NCBI RefSeq assembly: GCF_006345805.1 | Contig: NC_043026.1 | Coordinates: 5,456,001-5,520,000 of the forward strand | Direction: 5' to 3' | DNA: 64,000 nt | Source of the DNA: Octopus sinensis | Taxonomy: Eukaryota | In this document: positions 12,486 through 25,524 of the stretch, piece after piece | How positions within the stretch are numbered: position 1 is the first letter of the stretch | How the letters are laid out: the number at the start of each line of letters is the position of its first letter | Notes under the pieces: model-generated | What the model saw: the letters and a program-made list of their open reading frames with translations, nothing else | Database searches by the model: none | Told to the model about the DNA's origin: nothing | Program-made: the position numbers and the translations under genes

Positions 12486-12780
12486 ACTATGAAATCTGGC
12501 AGTATGTATAATACTACTGCTGGGTGGCACTGGGTAAAATCTGAAAGTGGATGAGCTTCATACTGTTCTCTACTACGTCCCTAACAGAATATACCATAAC
12601 TAAAGATACATATATATATATATACACACACATTATTTACAATGCCCGATAGAGCTCCTACAGAAAATTTGTCTCTTAGGGAGAGCAAGGATTATCAGGA
12701 GGGTCCTAAACTCTTGAAAGACTGCTGAAAACTTGAGGATACCTAAGGTCACAGGTAGTAACCATAGTAACCATAGCATA

Positions 12781-13826
12781 TCATAAAAACCCATGTAATT
12801 TATGCACTTTTTTCTCGCAAAAATGAAAATAAATTTTAGGGGCTGCATGAATTACATGAGTAGATTGTTTCCAGAATTCATTTTGAAATTTCTTTTATTG
12901 GAAAAAGATGTACGAAACGTAAACATTTGTTCCGGAAGTTGACTCATTTAATGTCAGAATAGTTTTTTACAGAGAAAATAATGGCTTAAATACGCATAAT
13001 GAAGTTGACTTCTGTTTATGCTGGACGGTATAATGCTTACTTTTTCTGTATAAATTTACTAAAACCATTAAATGGTTAACTAGTTTTTGAAGTCTGACGT
13101 TCATGCTGGTAAACACGGTCCGGGCCATATTTTACATTGCTTGGAGCTTCTATCTATCGCAATGGAGCACATATTTAATTTCTCCTTTGCAGCAAACGAT
13201 TCATAAGTTCTGCCCATACTGACAATAAAAGTAATGACAAATGTTTAAGTTTGCTTGACATTTTATAAGTGTGAAAGGGATTAAAATTTCGATCCTCCAT
13301 ATCAAAGGTTCTGACTAGACTCTGCAGAAAAGAATTCTGTTTCCATCATCAGTTTGATTGGTCACCTTCCTTTGTCGGTTGAGTAAAGTGTCATCCAAGC
13401 TGATGTTTATTGCTAATTAAACTTAATTTGCAACACTTTATCCGCTTTGTTTTTGTTGATAATTCTTATCAAAAACTTTTCCTGTGATCCTGATTTGAGA
13501 AGACATACAAAAGTATGCTAAAGATCGGACATAATCTCTCGTGGCCAAGAAATGTAAAATAAAGTTTATTATAAACAACAGAAATACTTTGTAATTTAAC
13601 AGATTTCAATGTGATACCTGTTAATTAGAAATTATTTTTATTTAAAGAAAATTTAATAAAATCTAATCATAAGTGAAATTATGCTAAATACAACTAAATT
13701 GAAAACCTTTTACCCCTGGCCATATTGGTAATTCTGAAAACTTTTGGGTGCTTTTTTTAACAATTTTTATCCTGGAAATCACCTGCATAAATTACACAGG
13801 TGCGCAAATTACATGGGTTTTTACGG
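12781..13826. mobile_element. Non-autonomous TA-flanked TIR element (Tc1/mariner/pogo-like)
   Basis: TIRs tcataaaaacccatgtaatttatgca (12781) and tgcgcaaattacatgggtttttacgg (13801-13826), with TA on both sides. Confidence 0.75.
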
Positions 13827-13909
13827 TAATAATTTTACCTTGTCCTTACCATTAGTGCAAGTTTTGAAGAGTGCAGTTCATTTTTAACAGCTATTTTTTC
13901 AAAGTTATA

Positions 13910-14393
13910 ATGGAAGTGACAAAGGAGCATATTCGGCATATTTTGTTTTATGAGTTCAATCAAGGCAAGAACACAACGGAAAATGCGAGGAATATTAATG
14001 CAGTGTATGGGGATTGGACAATAAGTGTAAGCCAGTGTCAACGGTGGTTCCAGAAATTCCGAGTCAGAAACTATAGCCTAGAAGACGAGTTTTGTCCTGG
14101 AAGATCTGTAGAGCTTGATGAGGACATCCTGCAAACCCTAGTGGAACAAAATCCCATTGTAACTGTTGAGGAGCTAGCAGAAACTTGGATTTAGTTACTC
14201 AACCATTCATCAACACCTGCGTGCCATTGAAAAAGACAACAAATAGAGTCAATGGGTTCCTCACAAATTTTCCAAGTCTAATTGCACGCAGTGAGTGAAT
14301 GTGTGCTCTTCTTTGCTGTCACATCTCACGAACGAACCATTTTTGGACTGAATAGTGACTGGAGATGAGAAATGGGTTCTCTATAAAAATGTA
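13910..14393 (+). pseudogene. Mariner transposase fragment (N-terminal half)
   Basis: MEVTKEHIRHILFYEF...QCQRWFQKFR...LEDE..PGR, then WVPH and IVTGDEKWVLY, with stops and frameshifts. Confidence 0.85.
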
Positions 14394-14660
14394 TATAAAA
14401 TAATGCCAAATCTGCGAAATCCATAGTTTACTGATTGGATCAACATATGATTTGATCCGATGTTCTACATGTAAAAAGGACACAAAAATAATTTAAGAAT
14501 AAACCAGCTTTATTTAGATTTCATAATGTCTTCAGAGAGAAATGATGTAAAAAGTAAAGATTATAGGCCACACAGTCAAGAAGATAAGTGATTGAGAAGA
14601 CAGAGGGACAGATTCAGAGATAGAAAGACAGACAGGCTCTGACATACAGACAGATGGCTA

Positions 14661-15322
14661 CAGTAGACAGGAGAGGGACAACAGAAGCGACATTATGTTG
14701 GAAAATTTGCAGGAACAGGTGGGGAAGAGTGGGGCAGGCATGATGGAATACATACAAGCGTAGTGAATTTTATTAGAAACTAGAATGACCTGACATTTAT
14801 TGATGTAAATTATAGGCCACGCAGTCAAGACGATATATAATTGAGAAGGCAGAAAGACAGACAGACACTGACAAATAGATTCTCAGATCGGACTGAGACA
14901 AACAGACTGAGGGAGAGATAGAGAAACTGAGAGAAGAGTAGTAAAGCTGTGACAGCTGAATTGAGAAGAGGAGGGAAGGATCATGAGGAATCTCATGGAA
15001 AGAGATAAACATAGGGGTGATGAGGTGTTAGAGTTGACCTTCAAAGTACAAGAATGAGTGGAGCAGAGGGAAGAAAAGTGTGGGACAGTTGGTGGAGGGG
15101 TGGGCGATTGTGGAAGGGTGAAGATATGGCAAGTAGACAACCTGCAATGATGCAAGACACATAGGGGAGTAGGAAGTGACTGAGAATTCAAAGCAGCAGA
15201 AGAGTAATGATGACACAGTAGACAAGAGAGGGATGACAGAAGCGACATGATGTTGGATAATTTACAGGAACAGGTGGGGAAGAGTGGGGCAGGCATGATG
15301 GAATACATACAAGCGTAGTGAA
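14661..15322. repeat. 107-bp direct repeat (14661-14767 and 15216-15322)
   Basis: cagtagaca.gagaggga...ggggaagagtggggcaggcatgatggaatacatacaagcgtagtgaa occurs twice. Confidence 0.85.
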
Positions 15323-15673
15323 TAAAGGATTTTTATTAGAAATACTACAGCAGTAAGTTACCACAATTATGTCGACACAGTAGTAGTTATATGTAAAATA
15401 ATAGCATTATATTTTGTTCCTTTGAGAATGCATTGATGATTATATAAGTTATCATAGAATGAACTGTGACAAACACTGCATCTTGGTTTTACAGCACATG
15501 TATGGCATGCCCTGCCTATGGAATGTAAAAGGTGATTAAACGGCTGGCATCAGGAAAAGCATTTAGCTTTAAAAGATTATTTCAAAATGGGGAAACAAAA
15601 TGAGATGAGTGATTAGGAAGAGTCGAGGGTAGATATTGCTTCAGCGAATAAAAAAATTGTCTTGAGAGGTTTA

Positions 15674-16611
15674 TCATTGTGTGAGGTAACGAATTTGGAC
15701 CAATAATACAGTTGTACTTCCTAAGTGAATAGCTAAATGGGGAGATAATTCCATTTTGTCAGGGAATGATTTCTCAGAGACATCACAATGCTGTGACTTT
15801 CCTCCTGTCTGAACACATTTGTGAGAATGTAAAACGTTTGCTTGAGAAAAGGATACAGCACAGATGTCACAGTGATATGGTTTATCTCCCATATGAATGC
15901 ATATATGAGTAGTTAAATGAAACCTTCACGTGAATGATTTACCACGGATATCACAGCTATATTGATTTCTTGTATGAATATGTTTGTAACTAAGGTATTT
16001 AAATTACAGAATGATATACCACAGATATCACAATGGTATGGCCTCCTTTGTGTATGAATATGTTTGTGTCTATTCAAAGCACCAGTTATATAGAATGATT
16101 TACTACCGATATCACAATGGTATGGCCTCCTTTGTGTATGAATATGTTTGTGTCTATTCAAGGCACCAGTTATATAGAATGATTTACTACCGATATCACA
16201 ATGGTATGGCCTCCTTTGTGTATGAATATGTTTGTGTCTATTCAAGGCACCAGTTATATAGAATGATTTACTACCGATATCACAATGGTATGGCCTCCTT
16301 TGTGTATGAATATGTTTGTGTCTATTCAAAGCACCAGTTATATAGAATGATTTACTACCGATATCACAATGGTATGGCCTCCTTTGTGTATGAATATGTT
16401 TGTGTCTATTCAAAGCACCAGTTATATAGAATGATTTACAATGGATATCACAGTGATATGACTTTCTCATGTATGAACACATTTGTGTTTAGTAAAGTCA
16501 GTTGAGAGAAGGATTCACTACAGATATCAGTCATAAAAGCTTCTCTGTATGAATGTGCTTAGATTTAGTTAAATGAGAATTTTCAGAAAAATATCCAACA
16601 CACTGATATAG
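15674..16611 (-). pseudogene. Degenerate C2H2 finger tail downstream of ZNF-A
   Basis: Broken fingers after the ZNF-A stop, including five near-identical 84-bp units (SFYITGALNRHKHIHTQRRPYH). Four of them read CDIGSK, lacking the second Cys. Confidence 0.85.
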
Positions 16612-17559
16612 TTAATCCCCTGTATGGGTCCGTTTGTGTTTAGTTAAGTTACCAGACTGTGAGAATGATTTACCACAGACATCACAGTGATATGGCTTCA
16701 GACCCATATGAATACGTTTATGATTAGTGAGACCATCATTCCTAGAGAATGATTTACTGCAGATGTCACAGTGATATGGTTTCTCTCCTGTATGAGTACG
16801 TTTATGTTTAGTCAAGTGACCAGATTCAGAAAAATATTTACCACAGATATCACAGTGATATGGTCTTTCTCCTGTATGAGTACGTTTGTGGTAAGTCAAG
16901 TGAACAGATTCAGAGAATGATTTACCACAGATATCACAATGATGTGGTTTCTCTCCTGTGTGAACACGTTTCTGACTAGTGACACCATCATTCCTAGAGA
17001 ATGATTCACCACAGATGTCACACTGATATGGTTTCTCACCTGTATGAATACAGATGTGCCTGGTTAAGTTGTGAGTATCAGTGAATGATTTACCACAGAT
17101 ATCACAGTGATAAGGATTCTCACGTGCATGAATACATTTATGCGTAGTCAAGAGACTACTTCTAGAGAATGATTTACCACAAATATCACAGTGATATGGT
17201 TTCTCTCCTGTATGAGTACGTTTATGGTTACTTAAGTGACCAAATTCTGAGAATGATTTACCACAGATATCACAATGATATGGCTTCTCTCCTGTATGAG
17301 TACGTTTATGTCTAGTGAGACCATCATTTTTAGAGAATGATTTACCACAGATGTCACACTGATATGCTTTTTCTCCTGTGTGAATACGTATGTGGACAGT
17401 TAAACTAAACCTTTTAGAGAATGATTCCCCACAAATATCACAGGGATATGGTTTCTCACCTCTATTAATACATTTGTGTTTAATAAGGTTACTTTCCAGA
17501 GCAAATGGTTTCTTACACACACCACAATGGTATGACGATTTTTCAGTCACTTTCTGCAT
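16612..17559 (-). CDS. C2H2 zinc-finger protein ZNF-A (315 aa, 11 finger units)
   Basis: Intact ORF of 28-aa [16 protein letters not shown] units with diverse recognition helices; fingers 1 and 7 lack one His. An out-of-frame paralogous ATG (MDNVTDLKD) lies at 17609. Confidence 0.9.
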   Translation of the reverse strand: MQKVTEKSSYHCGVCKKPFALESNLIKHKCINRGEKPYPCDICGESFSKRFSLTVHIRIHTGEKAYQCDICGKSFSKNDGLTRHKRTHTGEKPYHCDICGKSFSEFGHLSNHKRTHTGEKPYHCDICGKSFSRSSLLTTHKCIHARENPYHCDICGKSFTDTHNLTRHICIHTGEKPYQCDICGESFSRNDGVTSQKRVHTGEKPHHCDICGKSFSESVHLTYHKRTHTGERPYHCDICGKYFSESGHLTKHKRTHTGEKPYHCDICSKSFSRNDGLTNHKRIHMGLKPYHCDVCGKSFSQSGNLTKHKRTHTGD

Positions 17560-17939
17560 CTCTTCAACAAAATAATAAATGAATCCTTTAAGTCTGTAAC
17601 ATTATCCATTGTTTCAATAGTTTTCTCTTCTCCCAGAACAATATAAATTCATTTCCTTCTTTCACTTTTTATTGTTCATTTATTTCAAATGTTTTACAGT
17701 TATTTTCTCATCAACTCTGATTTTCATCCAAATTTAATTACAAGTAAGCAAATTCATCTTGTACATACTGCAGACTGTAGAGTAGGGAAACGCTGCCATT
17801 AATCTCCGTTCAGAAGAAATATTTCACAGAGTTTATATATTTGTCGCATGTAACGTTTTTCTTTGGTCTTTAAAAGATAACAGATGTTGATGATGAATCT
17901 TATGAAAGCAATTCTTTGATGTCACAGTTGTCTGATATT

Positions 17940-17960
17940 CTGAAATAAGAGAGAAACAAC
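17940..17960 (-). promoter_or_regulatory. Conserved 3' splice acceptor upstream of ZNF-A
   Basis: gttgtttctctcttatttcAG|aatatc, homologous to ZNF-B (AG at 25865-25866) and ZNF-C (AG at 32179-32180). Confidence 0.7.
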
Positions 17961-19235
17961 AGCATAAGATACAAGAGGATATTTTAATAGCAGACATGCA
18001 ACAGTGCAACTCTTACTACATGTCTACAGAGAGAAATTCTAGAAGTAAACAACTGAACTTTTCTTTTCAATTTCTTATTAAACTGTCCTTACTTTCGAAG
18101 TGTGGAGTAATGAAGAAGGGACAACTGAAGAAGGGGAATATTCCATGCGTTGTATGTCTCGTTTCTCTGGGGGTTTTTTCTGTTGTTTACAAAAAAAGAT
18201 CGTTTCTATATTTTTGTTTTTATGTTTTTGTTTCTCATTGTGTTCAACATTTTTTTGATATCCTGTATCCATATATGCATGTATATAAACATATAGATGT
18301 AGGTATGTACATATATGTATGTATATATGCATATATATGTAGGTATGCACATATATGTATGTATATATGTATGTATATATGCATGTATGTATGTATATAT
18401 ACACCCCTCTGTTCCTTAGTCTCTCATCCCATCTATGCTTTGATCCCTGCTCCTTGCATGTATACCCTGGTCCTTCGTTGCCTTCTCTCTCCTACTCTCT
18501 TGTTGTCCCCTAATCTCCCTCTTTTGCTCTTTCCTTGACTGGCTATGTACCTCTTCTACAGTTTCTGCCCTCATTCTTAATCTCTCTCTCCATTCTTCTC
18601 TTGCTCTTATCTCTGGAGATAAGGAGAAGAGGCTTGAATCCCCTACTCCAATATGGGTCTCACCAGCGTGACATAGAGCGGTAGGAATATGGCCAGGTAA
18701 CCATGTATCTATCTTCTTTACAATTGCTCCTGGCGTCTTTCATGTTAACTCTCTCTCTCTCCCTCAGGATAACCGCACCTCGTCTTCAGCAACGTACCTG
18801 TTCCTGCCCTCTTTCTTGAGCAGCCTCTCTCTTTCTCTTGATCTTCTTTCCGGCTAGATAACCAGGCATCCCCTCTTTCTTGTTAAACTCTCTCTTCCTG
18901 TCTGGCTCACAAGTCCAGAAAAAGGGACCGATAGATGGGGAGGGTATTGGGAATGAAGTCGAAACAAATAACATGTTGAGAACGAATGTATGCGTGCACA
19001 GACACACATATAGAGACAGGGAAAACGAACTGTGGGATGCGGTGGCAGAGATGGGCTTCATTGCAAACTAAACCGGAAGTTCTCTTACAGGGACATGACA
19101 AAAATAATTATACTGATTTTACAATAAAAATTAAGGAAGCCACTTTACTCTTGTAGTGGATGTGTGGATGTATTAATAAATACATAAGTTGTTTTGTAAT
19201 AAATTAAAGATTTATTTTCACTACATCAATTTGTA

Positions 19236-19420
19236 AGCAATGCTGTCTTTGAGATGTCTGCAGGTTCGACTGGGATTTGGTTGTATGCTCGCACCAGGTC
19301 GATTTTTGAAAAGATGCGAGATCCATGCAGCGAGCTCGAAAAGTCCTGAAGAAAAGGCACCGGATAGGCATCACTGATAGTGCTTTTATTCAGTGATCGA
19401 TAATCGCCGCAAACCCGCGA
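19236..19420 (-). mobile_element. Ty3/Gypsy reverse transcriptase fragment
   Basis: RVCGDYRSLNKSTISDAYPVP...SRIFSKIDLVRAYNQIPV...KTA. Confidence 0.85.
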
Positions 19421-19424
19421 CTTG

Positions 19425-20426
19425 CGTATGCAAATGAGCTGATTGGCAAAACAATTAGAAGCTTTGAAAAAAAAGCAAAACAACCTTAAGGACAGTCAAA
19501 CCCTTTTTTTTTTCAAAGTAGACCACTACAGGCGACAATTCACTTGGGTTTCCTTTGAATAGCTACAGCAAACTGCAGCATGAAAATTGAAAAAAAAGGT
19601 TTTAAAAAATTGGCTTAACCCCTCCCCAACCAGGTAATTTTACTGTAGGCTTCAACAGGGAAATCGGTTCCTGGTGACAAGCCAACAACAAGGTGGGGTC
19701 AGAATTTAGTTGCCTCGTATGAAATGGTTCACTGCGTTAACTTATGAGGCTCCTGTCAACGACCAAGTCTCTTCAATGTAAACTTATAGTAACCAAATTT
19801 CCCCCACGTCGAAATAAAGCATTTCTATGAAGTAAAGGGTTACTTTACGTCTGGTTAAAAGTAAACTCCTTTGATCAGGTCTGCACGACCAGGGCAGTCT
19901 TGGGACTGGGAACTGTTCAGCTGAAGTTAAAGACGAGAGTTCAGTTGGGTCTTTGGAGAAACTGAAAACAAGGAGCAAACACAGACCTTGTACAGCTTCG
20001 GTCAAGAGATATCTTCCACCCAGCTGTTAGAAATAGCAGCCGAGTTTTGTTTTAAAGTCAAACTGAACAATGCAGTATTGGATTTACAACAAAGCGGGAT
20101 GGCCACGACCAGAATGTCTAATAGTTTAGGGTTGGTCAGGGGTTAAATTCCAGTTGAAAGAGAACGAGCATAGCTGAATGGTTAACGAAGTTTGCCGTAG
20201 CTATTCAAAGGAAGCACAAGTGAATTGTCGCCTGTAGGGGTCTACTTTGAAAAAAGAAATGTTTTTCAATGCTTCTAATTGTTTTGTAACGAAAAAAAAA
20301 AAACGCAATTGTCTTTAATATAATATACACCGTATATCGTTGGAAAATATTTCCTAAGCTCCAGTAGGGGCTCGCTATTAACTTAGTTTTTGCAGTGTTG
20401 CGCCAATCAGCTCATTTGCATACGCA
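19425..20426. repeat. Gapped inverted duplication carrying octamer and CCAAT motifs
   Basis: 19425-19572 matches the reverse complement of 20402-20426, 20258-20286 and 20191-20255. Includes gcgtATGCAAATgagctgATTGGc. Confidence 0.8.
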
Positions 20427-20429
20427 GGT

Positions 20430-21150
20430 CGCTGTAGGACCGACTACCTACGACGGGCTAGCGCGGATGCGCATCTGCGCGCACCGTGTCCAGTCTACGC
20501 GACTAGTACCAAGAAACATTCGGTAAATAATAATAAAGTATTGGTTTCTCAACATTTCAGCGGTTGGGGTGTATTTGAGAATATTTCTCAAAACACAACA
20601 AACACGGCAACGATGGAGGATGTGGCTTCCATAGCTAGAAATAGCAGCCAAATCTCGCACAAATAATAGGCATCTCTCATCCATAGCTAGAAATAGCAGC
20701 CAGATATCGCACTAATCATAGACATTTCTCTTCCATAGCTAGAAATAGCAGCCAGATATCGCACAAATTATGGACATCTCATCCATTGCTAGAAATAGCA
20801 GCCAAATCTGGCACGAAACATAGTGATTTCTCTTCCATAACTAGAAACAGCAACCAGATCTCGCTTAAATCATAGATAACTCTCTTCCATAGCTAGAAAT
20901 AGCAGCCAAATCTTGTACAATTCATAGACATCTCTGATACATAAAAAATTGGAGAAACACAACCAATCGAAAAGTGAAATACTGAACGTCTACTGATGAA
21001 ATACTCACGGAAAAGTTTCATAAAGGATAACGTTGTTATAAGTGCATTTGTAATAGATGAGAAATGTATTAAAAGTTAAGGAATAGAAATTCATTCAACC
21101 AACAATTCAATTAATGTCAAGATGGAAATGGAAATATATCTCGTGCGTGG
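20430..21150 (-). promoter_or_regulatory. ZNF upstream cassette, copy A
   Basis: CpG-rich motif (20430-20490), conserved block (20500-20630), minisatellite, cataaaggat block (~21020) and decayed NRF1/ETS-like motif (21121-21150), homologous to blocks upstream of B, C and D. Confidence 0.55.
20631..20935 (+). repeat. 52-bp minisatellite, 6 copies (core gctagaaatagcagccaaatctc)
   Basis: Cores at 20631, 20683, 20735, 20785, 20837 and 20889. Confidence 0.9.
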
Positions 21151-21359
21151 GTTTTACAGAAACCACGGTAGCTAACTCTTGTTACTATCTTTCTGTTCCT
21201 GGGGACCTCAACTTTGGCCGATAATTTGTTGGAAGGCATGCGAAAAACGTCAGACGTATAAAATATTCTAAAAACTTCTTGGTATTATTTGAATGAACTG
21301 TCTGTGTCCCTCAGTAGATTGTCCTGTAGGGACTTCCAGTTGTCCAATATGCTATACAT

Positions 21360-22150
21360 CTCTATTTTAAATGCTTCAAATAGAATTTCACAAAATTTCT
21401 TACTGTTTTTGTTGAGTGTTTGAATTTATATATTGTCGTTTTCTGGAATGACCTATTTCTCGGAAACCTTCTAGCTCTAAGTTTCAAATCACAAACCACT
21501 AACCTATGTTGAGTTGTACATTCATCACCATGGAAAGACTTCACATTCACAAGTATCTCATTTTCAAGTAAGAATGAAGTCAATCCAGTAAGAATCAAGT
21601 CATATCAATCAAGGCCATCTCCTTGAAGAAATTAGTGACTTGTCTGCTTTCCTACATGCTAGGTCTATGGGTTTTGCTAAATTAAGTCTAAGGCCCTCCA
21701 ATTGCAGACGCTGCATCCACACCTTATATTCATTCTCTAACTCTTGTAGAAATTCCGCTATAAGAACAAGGTTATCATCATAGTGGAGCTCTCAAGGGCA
21801 TCCAGTCTTAAATTCCTCTGCTATGGCTAGAAGGTCTATGATAAATAAGAGGGGAGTGAGAATTGATCCTTCGGGAACTCCTACTTGCTTACTAAATCCA
21901 TTGCTACACACATTACCAACTTTCATCTTACTGACAGCATCCCTGTACACAGTTTGTATGGCTCACACCAACAACTCTATCCCTAGCTTCTGCATTAACC
22001 ACTGAATAAGGAAGTGGGGGAACCTGTCAAAGGCTTTCTCAATGTCAAGTATAGAGGTTTAATTTTTACTAAATCCTTCTCAGTACTCGTCTTACAAAGA
22101 AGAAAACATCAGTAGTGCTTCTACATAACACAAAGCCAAACTGCATCTGT
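21360..22150 (-). mobile_element. RTE-clade LINE fragments (RT followed by endonuclease C-terminus)
   Basis: RT: IEKAFDR, GVPEGSILTPLLF, ELHYDDNLVL, GLRLNLAK (about 22150-21617). Endonuclease: WIDFILT, VKSF.G.ECTTQHRLVV (about 21600-21400). Confidence 0.8.
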
Positions 22151-22780
22151 TTCTCTCTCTTCCTAATTAGCTGAGCTATGAGCCTCACAAAAAGAGGGGG
22201 GCGTCAAGAACGGTCAGAATCTCATACAAAAAATTTCATTCCTCAATTTTAGTAAGGTAATTGTAGTCTAGACCCTCAAACACTTATCTCTGCAAAATTT
22301 AATTTAAACAACGATAAGTAGGTTATGAGTAGACAGTCTGTTGTGGGGCACTAAACTATTGTTATGAGGAATATTCTTCTCTTGTGGTTTCTTCCATTTT
22401 GTACAGGAGGTCATTGTTTATGTATATATTTGACAACTTTACTGCATCCGTGTGTTTGAAAAAGCCATGACTTGTGCTACCATTAACATATTTGAGAAGC
22501 ATTTAAAAGCTAATAAAAAACAAATAAATATATATAGTAAATTGGGGAAGTGGTATTCAACAAAGAACAATGTGTAGGGTTGAAGGAGGAGAAGTTTCAG
22601 TATAGGGGTCCCTACATCATGGGAAATGAAAAGAGCATGGAAGTGAGGCTTGTGTGAAAAGGTATGAAAGACAAAATTAAAAAACTGGAATTTTGGGAAA
22701 TTCTTTATTTTCAGAATTGTAATTTCCATTACATGAAAAACAGGAATATTAAGAAAAAGAACCGAAGAAACAATTAGAAA

Positions 22781-25524
22781 TTAGTCTTTTCCTTTCTCTT
22801 CTCTCTGAATACATTTGTGTGCAGTTAAATTACTACATTTAGTGAATGATTTACCACAGACATTACAATAATATGGCTTCTCTCCTGTATGAGTACGTTT
22901 GTGTGAAGTTACGCTATAACTTTGAGAGAATGATTTACCACAGATATCACAGTGATATGGTCTCTCTCCTGAATGAAGACGTCTGTGTTTAGTTAAGCCA
23001 CTATTTTGTGAGAATGATTTACCACAGATATCACAGTGATATGGTCTCTCTCCTGAATGAAGACGTCTGTGTTTAGTTAAGTCACTATTTTGTGAGAATG
23101 ATTTACCACAGATATCACAGTGATATGGTCTCTCTCCTGAATGAAGACGTCTGTGTTTAGTTAAGCCACTATTTTGTGAGAATGATTTACCACAGATATC
23201 ACAGTGATATGGTCTCTCTCCTGAATGAAGACGTCTGTGTTTAGTTAAGCCACTATTTTGTGAGAATGATTTACACAGATATCACAGTGATATGGTCTCT
23301 CTCCTGAATGAAGACGTCTGTGTTTAGTTAAGCCACTATTTTGTGAGAATGATTTACCACAGATATCACAGTGATATGGTCTCTCTCCTGAATGAAGACG
23401 TCTGTGTTTAGTTAAGCCACTATTTTGTGAGAATGATTTACCACAGATATCACAGTGATATGGTCTCTCTCCTGAATGAAGACGTCTGTGTTTAGTTAAG
23501 TTACTATTTTGTGAGAATGATTTACCACAGATATCACAGTGATATGGTCTCTCTACTGAATGAAGACGTCTGTGTTTAGTTAAGTCACTATTTTGTGAGA
23601 ATGATTTACCACAGATATCACAGTGATATGGTCTCTCTCCTGAATGAAGACGTCTGTGTTTAGTTAAGCCACTATTTTGTGAGAATGATTTACCACAGAT
23701 ATCACAGTGATATGGTCTCTCTCCTGAATGAAGACGTCTGTGTTTAGTTAAGCCACTATTTTGTGAGAATGATTTACCACAGATATCACAGTGATATGGT
23801 CTCTCTCCTGAATGAAGACGTCTGTGTTTAGTTAAGCCACTATTTTGTGAGAATGATTTACCACAGATATCACAGTGATATGGTCTCTCTACTGAATGAA
23901 GACGTCTGTGTTTAGTTAAGTCACTATTTTGTGAGAATGATTTACAACAGATATCACAGTGATACGGTCTTTCGCCTGAGTGAAAACGTTTGTGTTTAGT
24001 TAAGCCACTATTATCAGGGAATGATATACCACAGATATCACAATGATAAGGTTTCTCTCCTGTATGAATACGTTTATGTCTAGTTACGTCATTATTGCGG
24101 ATGAAAGATTTACCACAGATATCACAATGATATGGCTTCTCTCCTGTATGAATACGTTTGTGTTTAGTTAATTTACCATTTTCAAAGAAAGATTTACCAC
24201 AGATATCACAATGATATGGCTTCTCTCCTGTATGAATATGCCTGTGTGCAGTTAATTTACCATTTTCAAAGAAAGATTTACCACAGATATCACAGTGATA
24301 TGGCTTCTCCCCAGTAGGAATACGAATGTGCTTATTTAAGTCAGAATTTTGAGAAAATGATTTGTCACAGACATTACAGTGATATGGCTTCTCTCCTGTA
24401 TGAATACATTTGTGTTTAGTTACGTTATGATTGCGGATGAAAGATTTACCACAGATATCACAGTGATATGGTTTCTCTCCTGTATGAATACGTATGTGTA
24501 TTGTTAGGGCAGTACTTCCAGAGAAAGATTTACCACAGATATCACAGTGATATGGCTTTTCCCCTGTATGAATACGTTTATGTCTAGTTACGTCATGCTT
24601 GCGGATGAAAGATTTACCACAGATATCACAGTGATATGGCTTTTCCCCTGTATGGATACGTATGTGTATTGTTAGGGCAGTACTTCCAGAGAAAGATTTA
24701 CCACAGATATCACAGTGATATGGCTTTCCCCCTGTATGGATACGTTTATGTCTAGTTACGTCATTATTACGGATGAAAGATTTACCACAGATATCACAGT
24801 CATATGGCTTCTCCCCAGTATGAATACGTAAGTGTATTGTTAGGGCAGAACTTCCAGAGAATGATTTACCACAGATATCACTGTGATATGGCTTCTCCTC
24901 AGTATGAATACGTAAGTGTATTGTTAGGGCAGTACTTCCAGAGAAAGATTTACCACAGATATCACTGTGATATGGCTTCTCCTCAGTATGAATACGTAAG
25001 TGTATTGTTAGGGCAGAACTTCCAGAGAATGATTTACCACAGATATCACTGTGATATGGCTTCTCCTCAGTATGAATACGTAAGTGTATTGTTAGGGCAG
25101 TACTTCCAGAGAAAGATTTACCACAGATATCACTGTGATATGGCTTCTCCTCAGTATGAATACGTAAGTGTATTGTTAGGGCAGTACTTCCAGAGAATGA
25201 TTTACCACAGATATCACTGTGATATGGCTTCTCCTCAGTATGAATACGTAAGTGTATTGTTAGGGCAGAACTTCCAGAGAATGATTTACCACAGATATCA
25301 CAGTGATATCGCTTTTCCCCTGTATGAATACGTTTATGTCTAGTTACGTCATGCTTGCGGATGAAAGATTTACCACAGATATCACAGTGATATGGCTTTT
25401 CCCCTGTATGGATACGTTTGTGAGTAATTAATTGACTATTTGCAGAGAATGATTGACCACAGACATCACAGTGATACGGTCTCTCTCCTCTATCTATTTC
25501 TATAATCTTCTCACTCTTTTCCAT
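22781..25524 (-). CDS. C2H2 zinc-finger protein ZNF-B (32 finger units, 914 aa if one indel is corrected)
   Basis: MEKSEK start at 25524; 26 units precede a 1-bp deletion near 23274 (ttacacag vs ttaccacag); the restored frame gives 6 more units ending REEKGKD* at 22781. As written the ORF stops at 23245. Confidence 0.85.

Noticed and set aside
16011-16505. 164-aa plus-strand ORF with repeated motif
   Set aside because: Antisense shadow of the 84-bp zinc-finger repeat.
17560-17939. N-terminal effector domain (KRAB/BTB/SCAN-like) encoded in the conserved segment between acceptor and ZNF ATG
   Set aside because: In the ZNF-C copy all three frames hit stops soon after the acceptor, and no such motif is visible in the other copies; treated as 5'UTR.
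24804-25343. 179-aa plus-strand repetitive ORF
   Set aside because: Antisense shadow of ZNF-B units.
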